A DNA stretch of 64,000 bases from the NCBI GenBank assembly GCA_963769415.1, contig CAVYLM010000002.1:33625-97624 (forward strand), given 5' to 3'. The notes below the pieces were generated by a model. That model saw nothing but the letters and a program-made list of their open reading frames with translations, searched no databases and was not told where the DNA came from. This DNA is from an uncultured Acidobacteriota bacterium. Its GTDB lineage: Bacteria; Acidobacteriota; Terriglobia; Acidiferrales; UBA7541. Each line of letters begins with the position of its first letter. Position 1 is the first letter of the stretch. Position numbers and translations under genes: made by a program. This document shows positions 1-10,641 of this stretch, one piece after another.

Positions 1-330
1 ACGGCAGCTCCCGAAGTACAGATATGAGTGCGCCTGCTGGTTCGAGAAAATGTTCCCTACCTAACGGATAGCACGGCCGACTTTAAGCGGCGCATAAAAC
101 GCTCTCAGCAGCCGTCGTCTTGCTATCAACGAGAGAGTCATTAACAGGGAATTGAATGGAACTCCTCTCGGCGATTTCGTGCCAGCCTTGCCACGGATTG
201 ACCTCCCTGTGGGGTTGAGCCTGTAGCCTGCTCGGGAGCACCAAAGCTAGGATTCGGTTATAACGGACACACCACCGGAAGCGGGCGCGCCTTCAGGGCG
301 CGTGATTCTGCTTGCGAAGTCGGCTGCGAC

Positions 331-362
331 AAAAAAGCCCCGTTTCGGCGTGGAAACGGGGC
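331..362 (-). terminator. Rho-independent terminator after csp
   Basis: 10-bp stem GCCCCGTTTC/GAAACGGGGC (337-346/353-362). On the minus strand it is followed by a T6 tract (331-336), about 20 nt after the csp stop. Confidence 0.75.
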
Positions 363-380
363 CGCCCGGTCGAATCCGCG

Positions 381-587
381 CTATACCCTGGTGACGTTCT
401 CAGCCTGGAAGCCCTTCGGTCCCTGCTTGACCTCGAACTCCACAAGCTGCCCTTCGTTCAGCGACTTGTATCCATCCATCTGGATCGCGGAGAAGTGCAC
501 GAACACATCGTCTCCCGATTGACGCTGGATAAAGCCAAACCCCTTCGATGCATTGAACCACTTCACCACACCCTGTTCTCGAGCCAC
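381..587 (-). CDS. csp: Cold-shock domain protein (CspA family)
   Basis: 68-aa reading frame with a GTG start at 585-587, inside track ORF 381..773. Carries the cold-shock motifs KGFGFI and VFVHFSAI. The upstream part of the track ORF is Arg/Pro-rich junk. Confidence 0.9.
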   Translation of the reverse strand: MAREQGVVKWFNASKGFGFIQRQSGDDVFVHFSAIQMDGYKSLNEGQLVEFEVKQGPKGFQAENVTRV

Positions 588-826
588 CGTGACGACTCCT
601 CTGCTGTGATGTCCTGATTCTGGTCCTCGCACTCCCGGCCGGTAACGCGAACACAGCGCGCGCAACCCTCGATTCGCATTACGACAGGGACCGCAAGACC
701 GCCTCGGCGGCGGGATTTTTGCACAAACCCTATTCGGTGTCCAGAACTTGAGGGAACGAAAAGGCCCGAACAAACCGGCGCGCGGCTTCCGCGAAAAGCG
801 GGCCCAAAAATCGGTGAGAGGACGTC

Positions 827-1177
827 CTACTTTGCGCGGAAGGCAGAAATCGCGGCGGATTCATCCGACTGCACGTCGAACACGGTGAAGAGCCGCGTGA
901 TCTGGATCAAATCGCGGACGCGCTTGGTGAGCTGCATCAATTTCAATTCGCCGCTCGCTCCGCGCACGGTGGTGTACGCGCCAACGAGCTCGCCGATGCC
1001 GGAGCTGTCGATATAGTCCACGTCGCCCAGATTCAGCACGATTTTGCGATGGCCCTTCCCGACAAGCTCACGAACCGTCGTTCGCAGCGTGGCGCTGCCC
1101 TCGCCGAGCGTGATCTTGCCGCTGAAGTCGACGATGGCGACGTCGCCTATTTCCCGGCATGTTCCACGTAGTGACAC
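827..1177 (-). CDS. STAS-domain anti-sigma-factor antagonist (SpoIIAA/RsbV-like)
   Basis: C-terminal ~117 aa of track ORF 827..1417, containing [19 protein letters not shown], typical of STAS. The start is uncertain (GTG at 1175-1177 chosen). The Arg-rich N-terminal part of the ORF overlaps the next gene. Confidence 0.75.
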   Translation of the reverse strand: MSLRGTCREIGDVAIVDFSGKITLGEGSATLRTTVRELVGKGHRKIVLNLGDVDYIDSSGIGELVGAYTTVRGASGELKLMQLTKRVRDLIQITRLFTVFDVQSDESAAISAFRAK

Positions 1178-1224
1178 GGTAACCCCTCGAATCGATACTT
1201 CGATTCTCCCGATTCTACTCCGCT

Positions 1225-1674
1225 TTATGATTTTCCGTTGCTGGAAACTCGATGCGGCAGCTTCTTGGACAACACCAGATCGGCCCCGCCGGTCGGCCCG
1301 CGCCGCACGGCCAGATCGTCCATGAACGCGCGCATCAGGAAGATGCCGCGGCCGGAGGTGCGCAGCAGATTTTCCTCGGACAGCGGATCCTCGACGTCGG
1401 ACAGCTCGAAGCCGCATCCTTCGTCCACCACGTGGACGACCATCGTTTCCGGATCGAGCTCGACCGCGAGATGAATTTTCTTCCGCTTATCCTGGCAGTT
1501 GCCGTAGTTGTACGCGTTGATCACGCCCTCGCGCACGGCCATGCCGAGCTTGTGCAGGTCGTCTTCGCCGAAGCCCGCCGCTTGGGCGACCCGGGTCACG
1601 ATGTTTTCCGCGAGGTCCACGCTCTCGAGCTGCGTGTCGAGAGTGACCTCCAGACGTTGGTTTGGTGCCGCCAT
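1225..1674 (-). CDS. Anti-sigma regulatory serine kinase (RsbW/SpoIIAB-like, HATPase_c)
   Basis: ATG at 1672-1674 (MAAPNQRLEV...). Motifs REGVINAYNYGN, VVDEGCGF and GRGIFLMRAFMD. Lies immediately upstream of the STAS gene, the partner-switching arrangement. Confidence 0.8.
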   Translation of the reverse strand: MAAPNQRLEVTLDTQLESVDLAENIVTRVAQAAGFGEDDLHKLGMAVREGVINAYNYGNCQDKRKKIHLAVELDPETMVVHVVDEGCGFELSDVEDPLSEENLLRTSGRGIFLMRAFMDDLAVRRGPTGGADLVLSKKLPHRVSSNGKS

Positions 1675-1790
1675 GGAGCCGAGAAGGAAAACCCCAATAA
1701 AAACGCCCTGTATGGGTATCACAGCCGCCGCAGGCCGTCAATCACGCCATCGATCGGCCTCCCCCGGGGCGTACTGGAACCCTATGCGGA

Positions 1791-3332
1791 TCACGCCCAA
1801 TACGTGCGGTCCAGCGTGCGGTATTGGATCGCTTCACTTAGATGCTTCGGCTCGATACCGGGTGATCCTTCGAGGTCCGCGATCGTGCGCGAAACCTTCA
1901 GGATGCGGTCATGCGCCCGGGCCGAAAGCCCGAGCCTTTGGATCGCGCATTCGAGCAGCTTTTCGCCTTCCGCGCTGATTGCACAGTACTTGCGGATGAA
2001 CTTGGGCGGCATCTGCGCGTTGGCGTAGAGGCCTTTTTCGCATTTGTAGCGTTCGGCCTGAATCTGCCGCGCGTGCAGCACGCGCTCGCGCACGCAGGCG
2101 GAGCTTTCGATTTCGGCTTCGCCGCGCAGCTCCTTGTACTTCACCGCGGGGACTTCGATGTGGATGTCGATACGGTCGAGCAGCGGCCCGGAAATTTTCG
2201 AGACGTAGCGCTGGATCTGCGGCGGCGAGCAGTGGCATTCGCGCGTCGCGTCGCCGAAGAAACCGCAGGGGCACGGATTCATCGCCGCGGCCAGCATGAA
2301 GCGCGAGGGGAAGCTTACCGAGGTGGCCGCCCGGGCGATGGTCACGCAGCCGTCTTCGAGCGGCTGGCGCATCACTTCGAGCACGTTGCGCTGAAATTCC
2401 GGAAGCTCGTCGAGGAACAACACGCCGTTGTGCCCCAGCGAGACTTCGCCCGGCCGCGGAACCGCGCCGCCGCCGATCAGGCCCGCGTCGCTGATGGTGT
2501 GGTGCGGCGAGCGAAACGGTCGCGTGCCCACCAGACCGCGCGATTCTTCGAGCACGCCGGCGACGCTGTGGATGCGCGTGGTTTCGATCGCTTCGGCAAG
2601 CGACAGCGGCGGCAGGATCGTGGGGATGCGCTTGGCGAGCATCGTCTTTCCCGCGCCGGGAGGGCCAATCAGCAGGATGTTGTGGCTGCCGGCACAGGAA
2701 ACCTCGAGCGCGCGCTTGGCGGACATTTGCCCGCGCACGTCGCGCAGATCGACGGAATACTGGCTCGCTTCCGCGAGCATCTGCGACGTATCGACCTGAA
2801 TCGGCTGGAACGATTCGGGCGCGTTCATCAGGTCGACCGCATGCGGCAAGGATTTCACGCCGAAGACGCGCGTGCCTTCCACCACCGCCGCTTCGCGTGC
2901 GTTCGCTTCCGGCACCACGAGATTTTTGATCCCGCGCTCGCGCGCCGCGAGTGCCGCCGACAGCGCGCCGCGCACCGAACGCACGCCACCATCGAGCGAT
3001 AACTCGCCGAGGAAGACGTACTCGTTGAGCTGCTTGCCGAAAAAAGTTCCCTGGCTGCCGAGAAGGCCGAGCGCCATCGGCAAATCGAACGCGGAACCTT
3101 CCTTGCGGATGTCGGCCGGCGCTAGGTTTACGGTGACGACCTGGTAGGCGGGGTAGTCGAAGCCGCAGTTGCGCAGGGCGGCTTTGATGCGTTCGCGGCT
3201 TTCGCGCACCGCGTTGTCGGGGAGGCCGACGACGTTGAATATGCCGGGCTGGCCGGGGCCGATGTCGACCTCGACTTCGACGAGGTAGGCGTCGATACCG
3301 AAGACGGCGGCGCTGAAAGTCTTGAACAGCAT
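1791..3332 (-). CDS. comM: YifB/ComM family Mg-chelatase-like AAA+ ATPase
   Basis: 513 aa. N-terminal Lon-protease-like domain ([13 protein letters not shown]), Walker [25 protein letters not shown], and C-terminal ...[19 protein letters not shown]. Confidence 0.92.
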   Translation of the reverse strand: MLFKTFSAAVFGIDAYLVEVEVDIGPGQPGIFNVVGLPDNAVRESRERIKAALRNCGFDYPAYQVVTVNLAPADIRKEGSAFDLPMALGLLGSQGTFFGKQLNEYVFLGELSLDGGVRSVRGALSAALAARERGIKNLVVPEANAREAAVVEGTRVFGVKSLPHAVDLMNAPESFQPIQVDTSQMLAEASQYSVDLRDVRGQMSAKRALEVSCAGSHNILLIGPPGAGKTMLAKRIPTILPPLSLAEAIETTRIHSVAGVLEESRGLVGTRPFRSPHHTISDAGLIGGGAVPRPGEVSLGHNGVLFLDELPEFQRNVLEVMRQPLEDGCVTIARAATSVSFPSRFMLAAAMNPCPCGFFGDATRECHCSPPQIQRYVSKISGPLLDRIDIHIEVPAVKYKELRGEAEIESSACVRERVLHARQIQAERYKCEKGLYANAQMPPKFIRKYCAISAEGEKLLECAIQRLGLSARAHDRILKVSRTIADLEGSPGIEPKHLSEAIQYRTLDRTYWA

Positions 3333-3476
3333 TTTTAGACAGTGGTAAAACCTTTAGGCCGGAGAGCGTAACTCAAAACGAACGTACTTGCTAGCTAAAG
3401 TCTTCGGCGCATCCCCCGTCCCGCGAGCGATCCGTTGTGTGGTATTCTCCGCGAAATTCGCAGGAGGAGTTTCCGC

Positions 3477-4823
3477 ATGGGCCGCAGTTCCAGAGCCGGC
3501 GTTTGCGCCGTGGGTCTTCTCTGTATGGCCGGGTTCGCCACGGCCGCTCGGGCGCAGCGGGTCTCGGTTGAGCAGGCCAACGCGGCTTCGCGGCTTTACA
3601 ACCAGGGCCGCGAACTTTATCAGCGCGGCAACGTCGACGGAGCGATCGCGCTGTATCAGCAAGCGCTCGCGATCAACCCCGCCATGCCGGAAGTGCTGAC
3701 CAATCTGGGGCTCGCTCTCGATTCCCAGGGCAAATACGACGAGGCGGTCGCCGATTACGCGCTCGCGCTGAAGTTCAAGCCGCACGATCCGGTCGCTTTG
3801 TGCGACCTCGGGCTTTCTCTCTATCACGAAAAGAAGTATCAGGAAGCCGCCGATACCTACCAGAAGGCCCTGATCGACAATCCAAAGTCCGCCGAAGCGT
3901 GGAACGGCATGGGCGCGGTGTTCTTCGCCGTGGGACAAGCGGACGACGCGATCACGGATTACCGGAAAGCGCTGGCGATCTCGCCGAAGTATTCGGACGC
4001 CTGGAACAACCTGGGCGCGGCATTGGCTGCAAAGGAACAGTGGGACGATTCGCTTCAGGCTTACCAGCAGGCGCTTGCCGGGAAGCCGGATGCGCTCGAT
4101 ATCCAGGAAAACTACGCGGCGGCGCTTCAGCACGCCGGACGCACCGACGACTCCGTTCGCATCTATCGCCAGATTACGGCGAGCCATCCGAACGATCCAA
4201 ACGTGTGGGTTCAAATCGGCCAGCAGCTCTACGCGCAGAAACAGCTGGATGCCGCGATCGAGAATTTCCAGAAGAGCCTGGCGCTGAAGCCGGACCAGCC
4301 GGATGCGGAATTCGGCCTGGCGCGCGCGTACGCGGATCAGAACAAATTCGGAGACGCGATCGGCGCGTACCGCAAAGGACTCGCGCTCGCACCGAACTCG
4401 GCCTTCGCGCAGTGTAATCTGGGCGTCGCGTTGTACAACAACAATCAGGCGAAGGACGCGGTCGTGAGCTTTCGCAAGGCGCTCGAAATTCAGCCGGATT
4501 TTCCGGAAGCGCTGGCGGGGCTGGGCTCGGCGTCAACCGCGATTGGAGACCTCGACGGCGCGGAGGACGCGTTTACGAGATTGGCCGCGGCGCGTCCCGA
4601 CGACGCGGGCGCGCGATTCAGCCTGGGGACAGTCCTCTATACGCACCAGAAATACGGGGCCGCAGCCACGCGGTTTCGCGAATGCATCCGGCTGAATCCC
4701 ACCTTCGCGCAGGCGCACTACAATCTTGCGCTTAGCCTGAGCCGGATGAAGGATTCGGACGGGGCGGCGCAGGAGTTTGCCGAGGCGCACCGGCTCGATC
4801 CGAAGCTGCCTGTTCCGAAATAG
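3477..4823 (+). CDS. Secreted TPR-repeat protein
   Basis: ATG at 3477 gives a signal-like N-terminus (MGRSSRAGVCAVGLLCMAGFATAARAQ). It is followed by at least 10 34-aa TPR units (A..Y..AL...P....A..NLG). Confidence 0.85.
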   Translation: MGRSSRAGVCAVGLLCMAGFATAARAQRVSVEQANAASRLYNQGRELYQRGNVDGAIALYQQALAINPAMPEVLTNLGLALDSQGKYDEAVADYALALKFKPHDPVALCDLGLSLYHEKKYQEAADTYQKALIDNPKSAEAWNGMGAVFFAVGQADDAITDYRKALAISPKYSDAWNNLGAALAAKEQWDDSLQAYQQALAGKPDALDIQENYAAALQHAGRTDDSVRIYRQITASHPNDPNVWVQIGQQLYAQKQLDAAIENFQKSLALKPDQPDAEFGLARAYADQNKFGDAIGAYRKGLALAPNSAFAQCNLGVALYNNNQAKDAVVSFRKALEIQPDFPEALAGLGSASTAIGDLDGAEDAFTRLAAARPDDAGARFSLGTVLYTHQKYGAAATRFRECIRLNPTFAQAHYNLALSLSRMKDSDGAAQEFAEAHRLDPKLPVPK

Positions 4824-5050
4824 CTCGCAGCAGAAGGGCAAGAGCCGGTCGAAATCACCGTAAGACTTACGTCTGCCAGGGCTGAAGCCCTTTTTTCTTA
4901 GCCCCTTTTTCGCGGGGCTCAAGCCCCGCGCTTCCACCGGAAGCCGACGGTCGGGAGATTCCATTCGCGCCGGGCATAGCGGTGGTACGCACCTACGCGG
5001 AAAATGAAAGAAAAGAGCCGACGGGACGCCGTCGCTACGAAATGAAAAGG

Positions 5051-5075
5051 CGCCAATCAGGAGATTGGCGCTCCC
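5051..5075 (+). repeat. Hairpin repeat family A, copy 1 (GCCAATC-NGGA-GATTGGCGCTCCC)
   Basis: cgccaatcaggagattggcgctccc. An 8-bp stem followed by GCTCCCA. One of four same-orientation copies. Confidence 0.8.
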
Positions 5076-5079
5076 AGGG

Positions 5080-5247
5080 TTAGGCGTCGGAGAGGGAGCC
5101 GTCGAAGCTGGGGCCTTCCTTCTTCTCGGCTTTTTCCATTTCGGCGGCTTCGAGGATTTCGCCGCAATCGAGGCATTCGACGTACTGCGCGTCGTTGTCC
5201 TTGGCGATCAGCTGGGTGCGTTTGTGGGGGCAGGCCGGCTTGGTCAT
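5080..5247 (-). CDS. Small zinc-ribbon-like protein (55 aa), not in the ORF track
   Basis: My own translation: MTKPACPHKRTQLIAKDNDAQYVECLDCGEILEAAEMEKAEKKEGPSFDGSLSDA*. Strong GC3 codon bias and a C-x-H...C-x-x-C pattern. There is no clear Shine-Dalgarno sequence. Confidence 0.5.
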   Translation of the reverse strand: MTKPACPHKRTQLIAKDNDAQYVECLDCGEILEAAEMEKAEKKEGPSFDGSLSDA

Positions 5248-5445
5248 GGCGAAAATCCGCTACGGAATCATCCAATTATAGCACCGGCGTTTCCGCTACA
5301 TTGCGGGCGTGCTGATGCAGCAAGATTGTGTCGCGCCTACGGCGCTCAGCGGCGGTGAAGGGGCGGGGCAGGAATTTGCCGAAGCGCACGGGCTCGCTCC
5401 TGAGCTGCCTGTTGCAAAATAATTGGCAGATGGTACGGGGAAAAG

Positions 5446-5471
5446 ACGCCAATCGGGAGATTGGCGCTCCC
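5446..5471 (+). repeat. Hairpin repeat family A, copy 2
   Basis: gacgccaatcgggagattggcgctccc. Confidence 0.8.
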
Positions 5472-5738
5472 AAGAACTGTGCCGCGCGCGCGGTGAACCG
5501 TTGTTAAGCAGCGATCGCAAGAGCACAGACACGTTTGGCCCGCTGCTAGCGGGTGTCCAGCCGGTCAGGAATCTTCCCGGCTGGACAAAACCAGTTCTCA
5601 GTGCGGGCACGTTCTCAGGCACCGACACCGTGGCTTGTGAAGTTGACAAACGCGGGCGTTGCCACTATCAGTCATGTTGCCGGTAACGGGCGATCTGGCG
5701 GGCGAGACGGATTCGGTTGACTAGCGAGGCGACTTACA

Positions 5739-6821
5739 TTGGCTAGCGATACAACTTCGCAGAAACAGCTGGGCGCGGTGGTGCTGTACGGCATCGCCCT
5801 GCTGCTGGTGTATCTGGCGTACCTGGTTTTCGCGCCGTTTCTGGTGCCGCTGGCGTGGGCGGCGGTGCTGGTGATCGTCTCGTATCCGGTTTACGAGTGG
5901 GTGGCGCGCGAATGGGGGCCGACGCGCGCGGCGATCCTCTGCACGGTGGCCGTGACGCTGATCCTGATCGTGCCGGTGCTATTCGTGATGGTGGCGTTCG
6001 TGCGGCAGGGAGTGAGCGCCGTGCAGGAGATTCAGTTCCAGGTGGCGATCGGCAACTACACGCGGCTGGATCGTTTCTGGGCCGAGTTGCGACAGCACTT
6101 TCCGGAGGCGGGCCTGGACGATCTGGGCGCTTCGCTGCGGCGCTACGGCGCGCTGGCCGCCGAATTCATCGGGGCGCGGCTCGGCACGATCCTGAAGAAC
6201 ACGGCCGTGTTCATCTTTCATCTGGGCGTGACGATTCTGGCGATGTTCTATTTCTACCGCGATGGCGGCGCAATGGTGGCGCGGCTGCGGGAGCTGTTGC
6301 CGTTCGAGCTGGCGCATCGCGACCGGATGATCGGCGAATCGCGGAGCCTGATCTTCGCGAGCGTCACGTCGAGCCTGGCCGCGGCGGTGGCGCATGCGAT
6401 CCTGGGCGGCCTGGCATTCGCGCTGACGGGCATCAAGGCGCCGGTCTTCTGGGGCGTGATGATGGGATTTTTCTCGTTCGTGCCGCTGGTGGGATCGGCG
6501 CTGATCTGGGTTCCGGTGTCGATCAGCCTGATGGCGGGCGGGCATATGTGGCGCGGCATCATTCTTCTGGTGTTCTGCGCGGTCATTGTCGGCTCGGTGG
6601 ACAACGTCATCCGGCCGTGGCTGATCAGCGGGCGCGCGCAGCTGGGCGGATTGATGGTTTTCATCGGCGTGCTCGGCGGGATCGCGGCGTTCGGGCTGCT
6701 GGGCGTGGTGCTTGGGCCGATCGTCGTGGCGATGGTGGCGAGCCTGCTCGAGGTGTATGCGCCGCATCAAACCCATCTTGCGCGCGCTGGAAACAAAGCG
6801 GCCCGCGCGGATACGAAGTAG
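5739..6821 (+). CDS. AI-2E family transporter (PerM/UPF0118)
   Basis: 360 aa with a TTG start and 7-8 hydrophobic segments. Family-typical ...FAPFLVPLAWAAVL... and C-terminal ...GGLMVFIGVLGGIAAFGLLGVVLGPIV. Confidence 0.85.
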   Translation: MASDTTSQKQLGAVVLYGIALLLVYLAYLVFAPFLVPLAWAAVLVIVSYPVYEWVAREWGPTRAAILCTVAVTLILIVPVLFVMVAFVRQGVSAVQEIQFQVAIGNYTRLDRFWAELRQHFPEAGLDDLGASLRRYGALAAEFIGARLGTILKNTAVFIFHLGVTILAMFYFYRDGGAMVARLRELLPFELAHRDRMIGESRSLIFASVTSSLAAAVAHAILGGLAFALTGIKAPVFWGVMMGFFSFVPLVGSALIWVPVSISLMAGGHMWRGIILLVFCAVIVGSVDNVIRPWLISGRAQLGGLMVFIGVLGGIAAFGLLGVVLGPIVVAMVASLLEVYAPHQTHLARAGNKAARADTK

Positions 6822-6867
6822 ACTGGGGCCGTGCTAGAGTAGCGCGCTTTAGTAAGATGAATCAGCG

Positions 6868-9340
6868 ATGAGCCGCGGTATGGCCAAGAACTCGAACTCC
6901 CATCCAAAACACGCAGGGCTGACGCCGGACAAGCTTCGGTGGCACTGCGACCCCGCGAACATTCCGTTCGAGTCGACGGCGCAGGTGGAGCCCGCGGCGA
7001 CCGACATGGGGCAGGAGCGCGCATTGCGCGCGCTGCGCATGGGCGTCGAGCTGACCGCTTCGGGCTACAACCTGTTCGTCTGCGGGCTTTCCGGCACGAG
7101 CCGCGGCGGAATGATCGTGCGCATGATCGAGGAGATGCATCCGCAAGACCGAGCCCGCGCCGGACCGCTGCTACGTGAACAATTTCAAGAACACCGACCG
7201 GCCGCGGCTGCTGACGCTGCCACGCGGCCTGGCGAACGCATTCAAGAAGGAAGTCGAATCCGGGATCGATTTTTTGCGCCGGCGCATTCCGCAGGTGTTC
7301 GAAGGCGAGCCTTTCCAGCGACAGAAGACGCGCATCGTGGAGCGCTTCACCGTGCGCGAAAAGGAATTGATGGACGATTTCACGCGGCGGATCGCGCGCG
7401 AGCAGTTCGCGCTGGGCCGCATGCAGGTGGGCGCCGTGGCGCTGCCGGAGATTTTTCCGGTGCTCGAGGGCCAGATGGTGCCCATCGAGGAAATCCCGAA
7501 GATGGTGCAGGACGGGAAGCTCGAGAACGCGGCCGCGGAGGAACTCGAGCGGAAATACGACCAGTTCCGGCAAGAATTCACGATCGTTTACCGGCGCACG
7601 CTTTCGCTTTCGCGGGAGCTGGCGAGCGAGATGAATTACCTCGAGCAGGAAGCGGCGTCGGTGCTGGTCGACGGCGTGATCGAGGAGCTCAAGGAAAAAT
7701 ACTCCGGCCCGCAGATTTCCGAATATCTCGAGGAAGTGCGCCACCACATCCTCGACAATCTCGACCCGTTCAAGGAACGCGAGGGCGAAGAGGAGCAGCC
7801 GCCTTCGGAGAGGCCGGGCATGCCCGCGGCCGGAGCGCGCGGACCGCGATCCTTTCCGCATGTACGGCGTCAACGTGATCCTGGCGCACAACGAGCACGA
7901 AAAGTGCCCGGTGATTTTCGAGACGATTCCCACGTACGCGAATCTTTTCGGCACGGTGCAACGAAGCTACGATCCGCGCGGCAGCTGGAACTCCGATTTC
8001 ATGGACCTGCGCGGCGGCTCGCTGCTGCGCGCCGACGGCGGATTCCTGGTGATGTACGCGCTCGACACGATGACCGAGACGGGCGTGTGGCGCACGCTGA
8101 AGCGCACGCTCAATCACGGCAAGCTCGAAATCCAGCCGATCGACATGTTTTTTCCGTTCAGCAGCGCGGCGCTGAAGCCCGAGCCGATCGACGTGCACGC
8201 GAAGATTATCTTGATCGGCGACCGCGAGATGTACGAGCTGCTCTACGACTACGAGGACGACTTCAAGAAAATTTTCAAGGTGCGCGTCGAATTCGACGAG
8301 GAAATGAACTGGAGCGACGAGGTTTTCCAGCATTACGGCGGGCGATTGCGGAAGCTGGTGGATGACGAAAAGCTGCTGCACTTCGACCGCACGGCGGTCG
8401 CGTCGATCCTGGAGCACGGCGTGCGGCTGGCCGGGCGGCGCGGAAAGATCACCACACGGTTCTTCGATCTCGCCGACCTGGCGCGCGAATCGTGCTACGT
8501 GGCGCGGCACGACGGGATGCAACGTGGTGAACGCCGGGCACGTGCGCGCGGCGCTGGACGCGAAGATCGACCGGCACAACCTGCTCGAAACGAAAATCCG
8601 CGAGATGATCGAGCAGAATCTCGTGTTCATCGATACGTCAGGCGGCCGGGTCGGGCAGATCAACGGGCTCAGCGTGATGGAAATCGGCGGGTATGCGTTC
8701 GGCAAGCCGGTGCGCATCACGGCGTCGGTCGCGCTCGGGAAAACCGGCATCATCAATATCGAGCGCGAGTCGAATCTCAGCGGGCGGTTTCACGACAAGG
8801 GCGTGCAGATTATTTCGGGATACCTGCGGCGCACGTTCGCGCAGGACAAGCCGCTTTCGCTATCGGCGAGCGTGTGCTTCGAGCAGTCGTATTCGGGAGT
8901 GGATGGCGATAGCGCCAGCTCGACCGAAATTTACGCGCTGCTTTCGGCGCTTGCGGAATTGCCGATCCGGCAGGACCTCGCGGTGACCGGCTCGGTGAAC
9001 CAGCAGGGCGACGTGCAGCCCATCGGCGGCGTGAACCAGAAGATCGAGGGCTTCTACGACGTCTGCCGGCTGAAGGGGCTCACCGGCAAGCAGGGCGTGC
9101 TGATCCCCGCGGAAAACACCGACGACCTGATGCTGCGCGACGAAGTGATCGAAGCCGTGGCGCAGGGGCGATTCCACATCTATCCGGTCGGCGACCATCG
9201 AGCAGGGAATCGAAATTCTCACCGGGGTGCGCGCGGGCAAGCGCAACGGTCGCGGGAAATTCGACGCCGGCAGCATCTTCGCCAAGGTGGACGCACGGCT
9301 GCACGAGATGGCGTCCACGCTGCGCAGGTTCCGAGATTAA
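6868..9340 (+). pseudogene. Lon-like ATP-dependent protease (AAA+ plus S16 peptidase domain), interrupted by at least 4 frame changes
   Basis: Track ORFs 6868.., 7175.., 7860.. and 8362.., plus an unlisted tail to the TAA at 9338-9340, read as one protein. It runs GQERALRALRMG..GYNLFVCGLSGTSRG / CYVNNFKNTDRPRLL / DPFRMYGVNVILAHNE..GGFLVMYALD / GQINGLSV..GVDGDSASSTEIYALLSAL..GGVNQKIEGF / TIEQGIEILTGV. Frame switches lie near 7140-7170, 7800-7850, 8500-8530 and 9185-9200. Confidence 0.8.
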
Positions 9341-9367
9341 TTCTCACGAAATAGGCGGCAGCGTGGA

Positions 9368-10574
9368 TTAGAGCAGGCGGCGCATTGTGACGCCGATGGT
9401 CTGGGCTTTGCCGTTGCGTTCGATGAGCAGCTTGTATTTGTGGCCGACCTGGCGGAAGAGGTTGCGCAGCGCGGCGAGCGTGATGTCGGCGGCGGCTTCG
9501 TCGTCCACGCCGGCGATTACGTCACCTTTTTGTACGCCTGCGTCCGCGGCGGGCGAGCCGGGCCGCACCTGCACCACTTCGAATCTTTTGAGGTCAGGAC
9601 CGCCCGCAGCGACGGAAATTCCGCTCATGTCCTCGTGGTCGTCGGTGCGGATTTCGCTGTTCGAATCGAAGATGGCGACCTGGCGCGCGTAGTCGAGCGT
9701 AAGCGTGAATCGCCGAAGCATCCCGCCGCCGATTTCGCCCGCCACTTGCGCATCGTCCGCGCCGGGCAGTTTCCCCTGAACAAACGCCGCAAGCGGCTGC
9801 TGCACCTGGTAGGGACCAATCTGGAAATCCTCGATGCGCGCCATCACGGCATTGCCGCCGATGCCAGTCGCCGGGAGCGACGGGAACGGTCTTCATGTGC
9901 CCGGAGAAGAAATGATGTTGCTGCGCGAAACGATCGGAGATCAACAGCGGAACATCGAGCGTGGTATTGATGATGAAAAGAACTTCGCCGGACTTGTGGC
10001 CGTTGACGGTGACTTTGGCTTTCACCGCGGGCATGCCGTTGTGCATCGTCAGCGGGAGACTTTTGCCCGCGCCCTTGTATTGAAACGGCGCGGGATCGTA
10101 GATGCGCACGGTCTGCCTGCCGTAGTCGAGCTCCATCACCGCTTCGGAGAAAACGTCGTTGCCGATCGTGCCCTCGTAGGCGCGGCCGACGCGCGCGCCA
10201 AAGTCGCTGTTGGCCACCGCGCCAAGTTCGGGGAGGTGGATATCGACGTCGGGCAGGTTCAGCACGGGCGATCGAAAGTTCTGCACGCCGAGCTCGGCGG
10301 CGCGCTGCGGATCGACCGACGAAACCGGCGCGGTGGTATCGAGATCGAAAAGCGATGGCTGGCTGAGATTCACGCGGACGGGAAGAAAAATCAGGTTGCC
10401 GATAAATTGCGCCGGCACCTGCGCGGCGTTTCCGCTGTAGGAGAATCGGATGACGGCGGACGGCGCCGCGGGCGGAGGCGGAGGACCGTTCTGCGCGCGC
10501 AAGTTCGGCAGCGCCGTCACGCCGGCGCACACGAGTGCAATTGCCGCGATGCCGAATGCAGTTCTCCGCTTCAT
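9368..10574 (-). CDS. Secreted retropepsin-like aspartyl protease with C-terminal PDZ domain (one apparent frameshift near 9860-9885)
   Basis: Starts MKRRTAFGIAAIALVCAG (ATG 10572-10574). The body is in track ORF 9594..10709 and the C-terminus in ORF 9368..9847, which carries the PDZ domain (GISVAAGGPDLKRFEVVQVRPGSPAADAGVQKGDVIAGVD). The two join as ..KTVP/SLPATGIGGNAVMARIEDF. Confidence 0.7.
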
Positions 10575-10641
10575 CAACCCTCCCGATGCGTTTGCGTGCC
10601 TGGATGGATGCCCAGAGAGTATACGAGTCGAAGTATGTGTG

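Noticed and set aside
1-330. tmRNA, RNase P RNA or a cobalamin riboswitch.
   Set aside because: I looked for the tmRNA tag ending (..LAA stop), a GGTTCGA T-loop and a CCA end, for the RNase P GGAAAGTCC / ACAGAA.CCGGCTTA boxes, and for a B12 box. Only weak partial resemblances (AGGGAA..GGAACTCC, TTGCCACGG) were found, which is not enough to call.
312-773. Track ORFs 312-617 (+), 400-654 (-), and the 130-aa extension of the csp ORF.
   Set aside because: They overlap the 68-aa cold-shock gene, whose motifs fix the true frame and a GTG start at 587.
5057-5275. Track ORF of 72 aa (MDDSVADFRHDQAGLPPQTHP...).
   Set aside because: It is an Arg-rich off-frame product. The alternative minus-strand frame (5080-5247) has strong GC3 bias and a Cys/His pattern, so that frame was called instead.
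6868-9340. The Lon-like protease as BrxL of a BREX defence system.
   Set aside because: No other BREX components (PglX methyltransferase, PglZ, BrxA/B/C) are nearby. The neighbours are a transporter and secreted proteins.
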